Shown: positions 49,992-60,010 of the stretch, piece by piece
How positions within the stretch are numbered: the stretch's first letter is position 1
Layout: every line of letters begins with the position of its first letter
Assembly: GCA_963717525.1 (NCBI GenBank)
Contig: OY970343.1
Span: 768,001-832,000 of the forward strand
DNA: 64,000 nt
Reading direction: 5' to 3'
Origin: an uncultured Methanoregulaceae archaeon
GTDB taxonomy: Archaea > Halobacteriota > Methanomicrobia > Methanomicrobiales > Methanospirillaceae
Translations under genes and position numbers: made by a program
The notes under the pieces: model-generated
What the model was told of the DNA's origin: nothing
What the model saw: the letters and a program-made list of their open reading frames with translations, nothing else
Databases searched by the model: none

Positions 49992-52452
49992 ATGCCGGAA
50001 GAACGAGATGCTGCTACAGGGACACCCGCCGGGTACGAGGCCATGGGAACCGGAGAACTGATCGCCTCGTTATCAGCGGACACAAAGAACGGGTTGTCTG
50101 CAGCTGAGCACAAACGCCGGGTCGCAGCATACGGGTACAATGAAGTCCAAGAAAAAAAGGCCAACCCGTACCTGGGTTTCGTAAAAAAATTCTCCGGTCC
50201 CACCGCGTGGATGCTCGAGGCGGTCATTGTCCTCTCCCTTATCCTTGGGAATTATGCTGACGTGTACGTTATCGTGGCGCTCCTCTTCCTCAACGCTGTT
50301 CTTGGTTTTTTCCAGGAGCAGAAGGCGTCGGTTGCTGTCGATGCACTGAAGCAGAGGCTGCGGGTGAATGCACGTACCCTGCGGGACGGGACCTGGCAGA
50401 TACTCCCGGCACGGGATCTTGTCCCCGGCGATATAGTACGGATCCGGGCCGGTGACTTCGTCCCGGCCGATGTAAAGGTACTCGACGGGAGTCTTGCTGT
50501 AGACCAGTCGGCCCTGACCGGTGAATCACTCACGGTTGAGAAAGCAGCGGGCGGGATGCTTTATTCGGGCTCCATCATCAGGTCCGGGGAAGCGACCGGG
50601 CTTGTTGTCCTCACCGGGGCCCGGACCTATTTTGGGAAGACGACCGAACTGGTGCAATTTGCGCGCCCGAGGCTCCAGGCCGAGGAGTTAGTCTCGCAGG
50701 TGGTGAAATGGCTCTTGGTGATCGTCGGCCTAGCGCTCGCTGCCGCCTTTGCTGTCGCCGCATTGGCCGGCATGCGTATGCTTGATGTTCTCTCCCTCGC
50801 GCTCGCGCTCCTTGCCTCCTCCATCCCGGTTGCGCTGCCCGCGATGTTTACGATAACGATGGCTCTGGGGGCCATGGAACTCGCGAAGCGCGGCGTGCTT
50901 GTGACCCGGCTGAGCGCGTCAGAAGATGCGGCCACAATGGATACCCTCTGCACGGACAAGACCGGCACGATCACCACAAACCGGCTCACTGTTGCCGGCA
51001 TTATCCCGGAGGCCGGGTGGAGCGAGGCAGATGTCCTCCTGTACGGGGCACTCGCCTCGGAGGCTGCAAACCATGATCCCATCGATTGCGCGTTCCTTGT
51101 TGCGGCAGAAGACCGGGATATTCCTACCGGGGATTTTGCCCGGCGATCTTTTGTCCCCTTCGATCCTGCAACCCGGAGGACTGAAGCGATCGTGGAGAAG
51201 GCCGGTACGACCAGCCGGGTGGTCAAGGGTGCCATCAGTGCCATCGCGGAGCTTGCCGGGACCGATCCCGCCGGGCTCAGGGAGCAGTCCACCGGGTTTG
51301 CTGCGAAGGGATACCGGACGCTCGCGGTGGCGATGGGCACCGGTGAACAAACACAGCAGGTCATCGGGCTCGTTGCCCTGTACCGACACACCACGGCCGG
51401 ATGCCGGAACACTGATCGGCGAGTTGCAGGACCTCGGGATATCGGTGAAGATGCTGACCGGGGATGCCCTCTCCATTGCGCAGGAGACGGCCCGGCAGGT
51501 CGGCCTTCCGGGAACCATCACGGCCGCTGATGAACTGGAGAAAGCACGGGCAACCGATCCCCATCAGGCCTCTGCGCTGGTCGAGCAAAGCGCTGGGTTT
51601 GCACGGATCTACCCGCAGGACAAATACGAGATCGTCAAAAGCCTGCAGGAGAATGGCCACATCGTCGGCATGACCGGCGATGGTATCAACGATGCACCGT
51701 CTCTCCGGCAGGCAGAAGTGGGGATCGCTGTCAGCAGTGCAACCGATGTGGCAAAAGGTGCAGCAAGCGTGGTCCTGACAAGCGACGGCCTTGCTCATAT
51801 CATCGACCTTGTGCTGGTAGGCAGGATGATGCACCAGCGGATGCTCACCTGGATCTTCAATAAGGTTGTAAAGACCTTCCAGATCGTGGTCTTCGTGGTC
51901 GTGGCGTTCCTTTTGACCGGCCAGTTCATCGTCTCAGTCTTCGGTGTTGTGCTGCTGCTCTTCGTGATCGATTTTGTTACGCTCTCGCTCTCGACCGATA
52001 CTGTGCGGGGGTCGAAAAGACCGGACAGCTGGGATATATCGGGCCTCGTGAAATCTTCGCTTGTCCTTGGTGTCCTCGTCGTTCTCGAATCCCTTGCAAT
52101 TCTCGCGGTAGGCCTCGGGCCGCTCGGCCTTGCCGGCAACCTTGCCGCAATCCAGACGTTCTCGTTTGCGATCCTCTTCTACTTCGGGATGCTCACGGTC
52201 TTTGTGGTCCGGGAGCGGGGGCACTTCTGGGATTCGTTCCCGAGCAGGTCGCTGTTTTGGATCACGCTCGCGGACATGGGTGTTGTGGCCGTGCTTGCCA
52301 CTGTGGGAATTCCCGGGCTTGCAGCGATTCCGCCCATGGATACGCTGATCGTGATCGGTATGTCCGTGGTCTTCTCGTTTGTGATCAACGACTCTGTCAA
52401 GTATGTCATGCTCAGGCGGGGAAGAGAGAAGGCCAAGAAGTCCGGGATCTGA
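49992..52452 (+). CDS. Plasma-membrane proton-efflux P-type ATPase (frameshift near 51380)
   Basis: DQSALTGES, IPVALP, DKTGTIT, PFDP, KGA, MLTGD, TGDGINDAP. Confidence 0.92.
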
Positions 52453-52486
52453 AACCGGTGCCGGTTGTGTTACCCTTTCCAGTGTC

Positions 52487-52815
52487 CGGAAATACGCCCG
52501 TAAAACCGTCCGATTGCAACTCTCCAGAATCAGAGCCTATACGTCCCGTTATTTGCCAAAATACGCAAAAATTGAGCCCCATATAATACCCTTTAGCGCC
52601 CCATATTCGCGTTCTGGCGGCATCTTTTTTCCGGATCGTGTAAATGCCAATTTTACATGAGATCGACCAAAATAACCGCATTATTGAGTTCATTTTAATT
52701 TGTCCGATCGGAAAAATAAGGCGTATTTGGGGTTATTTTGAAACGGAGCCCGATTCAGGCTCCTTTTGGAGATGTCAGATGCCAATCGGAGGCTGAATTG
52801 AGCCCGGATCTGGGG
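52487..52815. repeat. Conserved ~330-bp non-coding element, copy 2
   Basis: Shares GCCCGTRAAACCGTCCGATT, TTTGCCAAAATACGC, GCCCCATAT, TGAGATCG, AAACGGAGC, TGCCAATC, GCCCGGAT with 21771..22100. Confidence 0.85.
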
Positions 52816-53133
52816 TGGGTGATGGCGTACCCCCGACCCTGTTTGGCCAGAGGAAGCTACCCCCTTCCCGAGGAAGATGAGGTTATTCATGGAGCGTTTG
52901 TTCTCCGGGATCTATGATTGACAAACACTATTTTCCCCGCATGCTTACCAAATGTACCACAGAGATTTCGCTGTGATCATTACTGAAGATCCGGGACATA
53001 CATTCCCATGAACAACCCGGATTTCTTTGTGTGGATGGTGCCACAACAAAAAATGTTCCGCACGTACTCTGAACGATTGCCTGCCCATTTACCCTGCTGG
53101 TGCAGGATTGGCAGGTGTACCAAGGTGTGAGAA

Positions 53134-53757
53134 ATGACCCGTTACCTGATTGATATCCGCCAGATGGGGCCGGTAAAGCACCAGATCCGCACGTTAAGCA
53201 ACCACCTAGAAGAGAAATTTAATCTTGGGGACAAACAGGTGATCCCCCATATCACTCTCGCCGGCCCTTTTTCGACTGACGATGAAGAAAAACTCATAGA
53301 AAATTTCACAAAAATATGCAGGAACCAGAAGGAGATCCCGGAATATCAGGTCGGGGGGTATGGATTTTTTGACGACTCGCGGGTGGTTTTTGTTACCATC
53401 ACCCCGGATGAGACCCTGAAACAATTCCGCTACCAGCTGGCGCAGGCACTCTTTCCGTACTGCTCGCTGCGGACCTATGACCTGACATCAGCAGACGAAT
53501 TCAGCTTCCACTCCACGCTCGCCATGAAACTTGACTGGCTCACCTTCCAGAGAATAAAATGGTATTTCAGGAAACAGGAGAGCATCCGGCACCGGCACCA
53601 CCCGATCCGGGCAACACTGCTCCGGAATTCCCGGATCCTCTGCGAGTATGATTTTATCCAGAACCGGATGCTCACCCGGTCACAGGCCCTTCACCGGGCG
53701 ACCCTGATGCGGGACATAGACATTCTGAAGTCGTGGGGCGAGGAAAGCCGGCCGTGA
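53134..53757 (+). CDS. 2H phosphoesterase (2'-5' RNA ligase family)
   Basis: Two HxT motifs: PHITL and FHSTL. Confidence 0.88.
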   Translation: MTRYLIDIRQMGPVKHQIRTLSNHLEEKFNLGDKQVIPHITLAGPFSTDDEEKLIENFTKICRNQKEIPEYQVGGYGFFDDSRVVFVTITPDETLKQFRYQLAQALFPYCSLRTYDLTSADEFSFHSTLAMKLDWLTFQRIKWYFRKQESIRHRHHPIRATLLRNSRILCEYDFIQNRMLTRSQALHRATLMRDIDILKSWGEESRP

Positions 53758-53814
53758 GTAGTATCCCCAACCGGATCTGCCCGATTGCATTGAGTGTCGA
53801 TCGATACCAAGGTA

Positions 53815-53995
53815 TTTTCTTTTTCCTGATCCACCGGAAATTCCCGAAAAAGGAAGGGATACCCCCTACCCCTCTTTGATCTGAGAGGGGGATCACCCGG
53901 GGGATCACCCCTTCCCCTCAATTTTTGATCCGGTTGCGGGCCGGGCGATCAGGAAAACAGGGGCAGACGCCCTTTAGCCCGCACGATTGAGAAAA
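53815..53995 (-). repeat. GC-rich palindromic repeat element (short relative of 56382..56789)
   Basis: Reverse complement begins TTTCTCAATCG; contains GATCGCCCGG and GGGGTGATCCCCC. Confidence 0.55.
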
Positions 53996-54334
53996 CTACT
54001 GCACCTTCCTAAAATAGTTTTGAATTTATTATGCCGACTGATCACTTTTTTTGTGCTGACCAGCGCGATGTCGAAGTGATACCGGAAACCGATGGACGGG
54101 TCGCTCACCCGAAACCTCCCGCAGAGATCATCTATACAGGCTAGCGAGTACCGGCGGCAGATGATAGACGCTTATTTTTATCCGGGAATCATTAATTTTG
54201 TGCTAATTTGGGTGTATTAAGTGAAATAATGAAAACTTAGGGATAATTGGATTTTAACATATTAATTATAAAAAACTATATAATAATAAAAAATCATTAG
54301 GAACATATCGAACCAGAAAAGAAGAGGGGTTCCG

Positions 54335-55297
54335 ATGAAATATGATATTATTGCGTTTTCCGATGTGCACCTTGGAATACATGTCAAAAAAGAGCAAGAG
54401 TATTGCAAGTGGGGCGCCTTTCTGAAAATAATGCATCTCTGGAAGGAAGATATAACAGACGCGGCTGCCTTTTGTGAATTTGTAAAAGCTCTCTCAGAGG
54501 AACCTCCTAAAAATCTGGTAATTTTGGGGGATCTTCTGGAATTCTGGAGGAAAACTAACCATGAGGTTCTTTGTAGAAATCATAAGGTTCTCAAGGCTCT
54601 TTTTTCGTTAAACTGTAAAATCTATTACGTCGTAGGAAATCACGATTATCTTATCTACGAACTTGCGCAAAAATATAAGAAAAATTTCCAAAAAGGCGGA
54701 GATATCGAATTTTGTAAAGATATCAGACTGATGAGCGGCAGGGAATATATCTTTTTTACTCATGGTTATGATTTGGATGTGCAGATCAATTATGAAATGA
54801 TGGGAATCGAAATGTACGAATCTTTCGCTGCTGTCCAGTGTCGTGCAACCAATAGTCTCGGAGGATTAGTCTCGACTCTTTGGAATGGAAAAACCTGGTT
54901 AACTTTAAACTTTCATAAATTATGGAGAAAGATCTCTATAGTATGTGGAATATCAGATAAAAATCATAAAGATGAGGATGATATGATTAAAAACATCACA
55001 ATTTCTGGATTGGCCCATTTGTTCTGTGGTGCTCAACCGGGTGATCTTTTGGTTTTTGGGCATACACATCGGCCATTTATTGATCACGACCATGTTGTGG
55101 CAAACACCGGTTCGTGGTGTGAAGATATCGAGTCACTATGCAAAGAAAGAGTGCAGGGGATTACCCATACGGGCTCCCTTTGCGAAGACATCGATCCAAA
55201 AGACAACAATGAAGTGAAATACAACAATAGAACTTATGTAACGATAAACAATGGAATAATGGAATTGAAAACTTTCGTTAAAGGCAAACCCCTTTAA
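54335..55297 (+). CDS. Calcineurin-like metallophosphoesterase (LpxH-like)
   Basis: SDVHLG, LGDL, GNHD, THG, GHTH, NTGSW. Confidence 0.9.
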   Translation: MKYDIIAFSDVHLGIHVKKEQEYCKWGAFLKIMHLWKEDITDAAAFCEFVKALSEEPPKNLVILGDLLEFWRKTNHEVLCRNHKVLKALFSLNCKIYYVVGNHDYLIYELAQKYKKNFQKGGDIEFCKDIRLMSGREYIFFTHGYDLDVQINYEMMGIEMYESFAAVQCRATNSLGGLVSTLWNGKTWLTLNFHKLWRKISIVCGISDKNHKDEDDMIKNITISGLAHLFCGAQPGDLLVFGHTHRPFIDHDHVVANTGSWCEDIESLCKERVQGITHTGSLCEDIDPKDNNEVKYNNRTYVTINNGIMELKTFVKGKPL

Positions 55298-55760
55298 CAT
55301 TTCAAAACTGTCTTGAGGTAATATAGTTTTATTTTCTGATTTTTTAAAAACTTCCTTGTTCGGAGCAGTTTTTAGAAACTTTCCGCGTCCAAATTTTTTC
55401 AAGAAATCTCTCAAAACGATCTGTTCTTAAACGCTCTTACTACTAGAAATTGTAATTTATCGATCTTTCCTCCGGCATTCTGGTGGTTTAACGTTCATTA
55501 TACCCTCATGATTTTTTTCCCAGATTGCTGGCACGTTATGCAGATTTAGCCTAAATTTTGCAATAGTTATCCTATGAAATACACGTCAACTGACCACAAA
55601 CATATGTATGCAATTTGCCGCGCACACGTCAAACAGACGAATGACAATAACAACACTAGCAGGTTATCGGCTGGCAATACTGGCCGGCATGTGAAAGAAT
55701 GTTGCCTGATAAAATGAATATTTATATAGATAAATAATGAATTAACGCTTAAAATATCTG

Positions 55761-56378
55761 ATGGTGGAATATATGGGCACAATGCGGGTTGTAACTGAAA
55801 ATGAAAATGCGGCGCATGATGAACTGATTGCAAAAGTGAATGCTTCTTCAAATCTTTCCGATGAGGAAAAAAAGGCTATAACGGAATCTCCCAATGCACC
55901 TAAAGACACTGACGGAATGCTCAGTGCATTATCAAAACTGATTCCGGTTCCTGTTATGACGGTGTATACCCTGCTTGATGGAACTTTCAGGTCACTTAGC
56001 CCGGTTCCGACATTGGGCTGGCTTTGTTTTTTCATTGTATGTTGTTTCTTCACGGTCTGGATAACTTGGGCATTTACTGAAGGTCCAAAGATCGAAATGA
56101 TGCCCATTTCACATTGGTCGAAAAAGTATGCTGAAAAAAACGACCCGATTGCAGAATATCTTAAAACCTGGAACGATAACATCAGAAACCAAAGACTGAA
56201 ACAGACAGTTGTTGTGATGATCGCATTTATCGCGTATGTAATGGCTATCGGAGGTCCTTTCCCAACACTATATACCATTGCACCATGGGCTGTATGGCAG
56301 GGTTATTACGGAACTGTGGCACTCGGTATAGTTACGTTAATAGTTTACGTTATGCTCCCCAAGACGAGCACACAATAA
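55761..56378 (+). CDS. 4-TM membrane protein of unknown function
   Basis: LSKLIP..VY, AFIAYVMAIGGPF; AT-rich. Confidence 0.8.
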   Translation: MVEYMGTMRVVTENENAAHDELIAKVNASSNLSDEEKKAITESPNAPKDTDGMLSALSKLIPVPVMTVYTLLDGTFRSLSPVPTLGWLCFFIVCCFFTVWITWAFTEGPKIEMMPISHWSKKYAEKNDPIAEYLKTWNDNIRNQRLKQTVVVMIAFIAYVMAIGGPFPTLYTIAPWAVWQGYYGTVALGIVTLIVYVMLPKTSTQ

Positions 56379-56381
56379 TCA

Positions 56382-56789
56382 TTTTTCAATCGCCTTCCAG
56401 TTGCAGGGGATAAAGAGTTTGCAGTTGCGGACCGGAGAGGATAGCCCGGGATCCGACGGGCAGACGATCATGATGATGGGGCTGATCCCCCTGTATCCCC
56501 AACGAGCGAGGATTGCCGCCGCTCCCACAGGGGCGCCCCTTCGGCGGAATTAAGAAAGAATCAACCGCACTTTGCCCAGCGAGGGCCTGGCGCGGCGCCC
56601 GAGCGACTCCCTGAGCAGCAGGGAGGGGGGAGGAATCGCGTTCTTCGGCTGCTCGCGTGATCTCTCGCGGGAGATGAAAGGAACCCTGAAAGAATACCCA
56701 AACTGTATCTGGTGGAGCACTATCCTGCACAACCCGGACCAGGGACCCGAAGGAGACAGAATCATCCGGGAAAATCCGAAATTGAAAAA
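56382..56789 (+). mobile_element. ~410-bp GC-rich non-coding element with 9-bp terminal IR (MITE/REP-like)
   Basis: TTTTTCAAT (56382) ... ATTGAAAAA (56789); sharp GC contrast with flanking genes; internal GGGGCTGATCCCC and GGGGCGCCCCTTC. Confidence 0.6.
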
Positions 56790-56831
56790 AATAGGAAGGC
56801 ATTAATACAAAATTCAGAGAACTCATTGTTA

Positions 56832-57596
56832 ATGTTCGAAACCCCCTTTTACGATAAGATTCAGATCGAAGATTTATTGGCGAGAAATCGAGATCTTAAG
56901 AGGGGCCGTGCAAGTGTAATTATTGGGATAATTGCTATAATTGTTGCATTATGGGCAATCATAGGAGCAGTGACAGCCCCGATACTTGCTCCGACTAATT
57001 ATGAGAGCATTTGTCCAAATGTCAACTTCTCGGAAGCACATTCATGGATAATTATTCCTGTTAATGCTACTAACGAAACCTCATGGATTAGAACACCAGC
57101 AATGGATTTTGAAAAAAATGTTTCAAATGAAACGCGATGCGGTGAAACCTCCTGCTATTTTACCCCCAACGAAGGAGCAATAGATTATTTATTATATAAC
57201 AATTCTTTTGATTTGCTGTTGTTTTTAGGGAGTGCGCTAACTATTTTATTATTGGTTATATTTAGGAGAATTATATGGCTAAATTACAAGGAAGAACGGA
57301 AAAACATTCAATTATTACAGAAATTGAATTTTCAGCCGTACAATAGCGAAATCATCGAAGGTGAAGGAAACTATAGTTGGATATTTTTAGTAATAGGGAT
57401 TTTCTGGATTCCAGCCGCTATGGGCTTAACTAAAATAATTAATATACCGAATTTTAATCTTCCTTTCTTTCCTAATTCACATTTTATATGTGCCGCGAGC
57501 ATTCCTAATTCTACGTTTTGGGTGCTTTTAGGTTTAGGAGAGGTAATAATTATATTTTCATGGTTATTTGAAAAATTTTCTCCAAAGAAAGGTTAA
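56832..57596 (+). CDS. AT-rich 4-TM membrane protein with extracellular Cys/N-glycosylation loop
   Basis: Four hydrophobic segments, several N-x-S/T sites; start uncertain. Confidence 0.75.
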   Translation: MFETPFYDKIQIEDLLARNRDLKRGRASVIIGIIAIIVALWAIIGAVTAPILAPTNYESICPNVNFSEAHSWIIIPVNATNETSWIRTPAMDFEKNVSNETRCGETSCYFTPNEGAIDYLLYNNSFDLLLFLGSALTILLLVIFRRIIWLNYKEERKNIQLLQKLNFQPYNSEIIEGEGNYSWIFLVIGIFWIPAAMGLTKIINIPNFNLPFFPNSHFICAASIPNSTFWVLLGLGEVIIIFSWLFEKFSPKKG

Positions 57597-57660
57597 TTCT
57601 TTTTTCATTTCGCTGAACAATAAGGCAAAATATTACGCGCTTACAACGTGAAAAGAGGTA

Positions 57661-57719
57661 CGCCCCGGCCGGGACTTTAATCAAGAATAAAAGAAGCGCA
57701 GCGCCTCTCCCATCGAGGC
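57661..57719 (-). pseudogene. Decayed tRNA-like sequence downstream of tRNA-Gly
   Basis: Reverse complement GCCTCGA...GATTAAAGTCCCGGCCGGGGCG: acceptor-like pairing and T-arm relic, 17/22 match to the tRNA-Arg(CCG) 3' end. Confidence 0.45.
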
Positions 57720-57724
57720 AATTA

Positions 57725-57796
57725 TGCGCCGACCGGGACTCGAACCCGGGTTTAGGCGTTGGCAACGCCTAGTGATAACCACTACACTATCGGCGC
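57725..57796 (-). tRNA. tRNA-Gly(GCC)
   Basis: GCGCCGA...AGGCG-TT-GCC-AA-CGCCT...GGTTCGAGTCCC..TCGGCGCA. Confidence 0.95.
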
Positions 57797-58007
57797 AGTG
57801 TGCTTTAAAGTGTGGGCACTTATAGAATTTAAGTATATCGACCTTTGGGGCGCGAAACAGGCGTATTTACCGGCCGCTCTCCCCGTATGACAGGGCAGAC
57901 CGGTCCTGGCCTTTCTCAATCCTGCCACCCGGTCCGTGAGGCATCCCGCAGCTGCCGGATGCAAATGCCATATCTTAAAGTAACGCAATCGCTCTATCTA
58001 TTGATCA

Positions 58008-58634
58008 ATGATTCCTCTCTTCGTGGAGTGCGCGGGAAAACGGGTGGTCATCTTCGGAGGAGGGGAAGTGGCCGCACGGAAGGCCGGGCATTTCGCACGG
58101 GAGGCTGACGTCCTTGTGGTCAGCAGGACATTCACCCCGTCGTGCCGTTCGCTGCCGGTCCATCTCCAGACGCTCGATACCCGGGCCGCGACGGACGCGG
58201 AGCTCGGGCTGCTCATCGCACCCGCGTTCCTCGTGATCGGTGCGCTTTCCGAGCGGTCCGAGAACGACCGGATCGGTGCGCTCTGCCGGGATCACGGTGT
58301 GCTCTTCAACAACGCGGACGGGACTCCCGGCGACGTGGTCATCCCGGCCATTTCGACCGGGGAGTTTTACACGGTTGCGGTCAGCACGGGAAGCAGGAGC
58401 CCTGCGGTCTCCCGGTTTATCCGGCAGGAGATTGAGAAGAATTACCCGGCGCTCGATGCCATGATCGCGCTCCAGCACCGGCTGCGTGAGACCCTGAAAG
58501 AGCGCATGACCACGCCGGAGGAGCGCCGGAGGATACTCTGGGCGGTGCTCCGCGACAAGGCGGTCTGGACACTCCTCTCCGATTCACCGGACCGGGCGTG
58601 GGAACGCGTGAGCGGGCGGTATCTCCATGAATAA
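58008..58634 (+). CDS. sirC: Precorrin-2 dehydrogenase/sirohydrochlorin ferrochelatase (CysG-N/SirC)
   Basis: MIPLF, GGGEVAARK, NNAD, AVSTGSRSP. Confidence 0.88.
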   Translation: MIPLFVECAGKRVVIFGGGEVAARKAGHFAREADVLVVSRTFTPSCRSLPVHLQTLDTRAATDAELGLLIAPAFLVIGALSERSENDRIGALCRDHGVLFNNADGTPGDVVIPAISTGEFYTVAVSTGSRSPAVSRFIRQEIEKNYPALDAMIALQHRLRETLKERMTTPEERRRILWAVLRDKAVWTLLSDSPDRAWERVSGRYLHE

Positions 58635-59913
58635 GCATACCTCACGGATCGCCATTGCCGGTGTCAGCCACCATACCGCGGACGTGATGGCACTCGAAGC
58701 CTTCCGGTTCGGGGACGAGCCTGCGTTCCTTGCCGCTGCACAGAAAAAATTCCACGGTGTTCTCCTCCTCCAGACCTGCAACCGGGTAGAGGTGATTGTC
58801 GAAGGTGATGCCGGTTCGCTCCGGGAGTTCCTTGAAGAGCACGGGAGGAAGGGTTTTTTCCTGCTCGAAGGCCGGGAGGCGCTCCACCACCTCCTCTCGC
58901 TTGCCGCCGGCATCGAATCGATGATCGTAGGCGAGGACCAGATTATCGGCCAGCTGAAAAAAGCCCTTGCCGATGGCGAGGCCGCCGGAACCGCAAGTAC
59001 GTTCCTTGCGCTCTGCATCAACAAGGCCGTCCACGTAGGCATTGGCGTCCGCAAAAACACCCGTATCAACAGGGGGGCGGTCTCAGTAGGTTCTGCCGCT
59101 GTGCTTCTCGCCGAATCAGAGATCGGGACTCTTGAGGGCCGGCACATCCTTGTCGTCGGGAGCGGCGAGATGGGGCTCCTTGTGGCCCAGGCACTCGCCG
59201 CAAAGCAGCTGACCGCGATGTATGTGGCGAACCGCACTTTCGGCCGGGCGGTCAAGCTCGCGGAGAAGATCGGCGGAAAGGCGGTCCGGATGAACGAACT
59301 GTACCGCTATATCACACTCTCGGATGTGGTGATCTCCTGCACATCTGCGCCCCACCCGGTCATCCACCGGCAGCCGTTGAAAGAGGCGATGCTGGCCCGG
59401 TGCTGGCCGGTCGAGGGTCATCCCCGCCCCCTCATCATAGTCGATATTGCCCAGCCCCGGGATGTCGAGGAGGGTGCCGGTGCCATCGATGGCGTCCGGC
59501 TCTTTACGATAGATGACCTCCGGCAGGTCAACGAGCAAACCATGAGCACCCGCCGGGCCGAAGCGGAACGGGCGGCGGCGTATGTCAACGACGAACTGGA
59601 ACTCTTCATCCGCCAGCTGCACCGGAAATCTGCCGATGACTGCATCGCTGCACTGCATACCTGGGCGGAGGCCGTGCGGTTGCGCGAACGGGACAAGGCG
59701 CTTGCACGGCTTGCCAGTGCGGATGACCGGACCATCGAAGTGATCGATGATCTCTCCCGGGTGCTCACCAAAAAGATCCTTACTGACGCGACCGCATCGA
59801 TCCGGACCTGCGCCGAGGAGGGCGATCGCAGCACGGCAGAAGCGCTGGTGCAGGCCCTGATCCGGGGGACGACGGTAAATGACCCTCTCGAACACCCGGA
59901 GACACCGGAGTAA
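58627..59913 (+). CDS. hemA: Glutamyl-tRNA reductase
   Basis: TCNRVE, SMIVGEDQIIGQ, GSGEMG, ANRT, DIAQPRD. Confidence 0.95.
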   Translation: MNKHTSRIAIAGVSHHTADVMALEAFRFGDEPAFLAAAQKKFHGVLLLQTCNRVEVIVEGDAGSLREFLEEHGRKGFFLLEGREALHHLLSLAAGIESMIVGEDQIIGQLKKALADGEAAGTASTFLALCINKAVHVGIGVRKNTRINRGAVSVGSAAVLLAESEIGTLEGRHILVVGSGEMGLLVAQALAAKQLTAMYVANRTFGRAVKLAEKIGGKAVRMNELYRYITLSDVVISCTSAPHPVIHRQPLKEAMLARCWPVEGHPRPLIIVDIAQPRDVEEGAGAIDGVRLFTIDDLRQVNEQTMSTRRAEAERAAAYVNDELELFIRQLHRKSADDCIAALHTWAEAVRLRERDKALARLASADDRTIEVIDDLSRVLTKKILTDATASIRTCAEEGDRSTAEALVQALIRGTTVNDPLEHPETPE

Positions 59914-60010
59914 GGGACTGGCCCCTGTCGCCAGCTGGTCCGGGCCGGGTTTCCTGAATGTGGTTTACATAAAAGAATCTTAAAAAGAAGAATACGCCGG
60001 GCGCTCTTTC

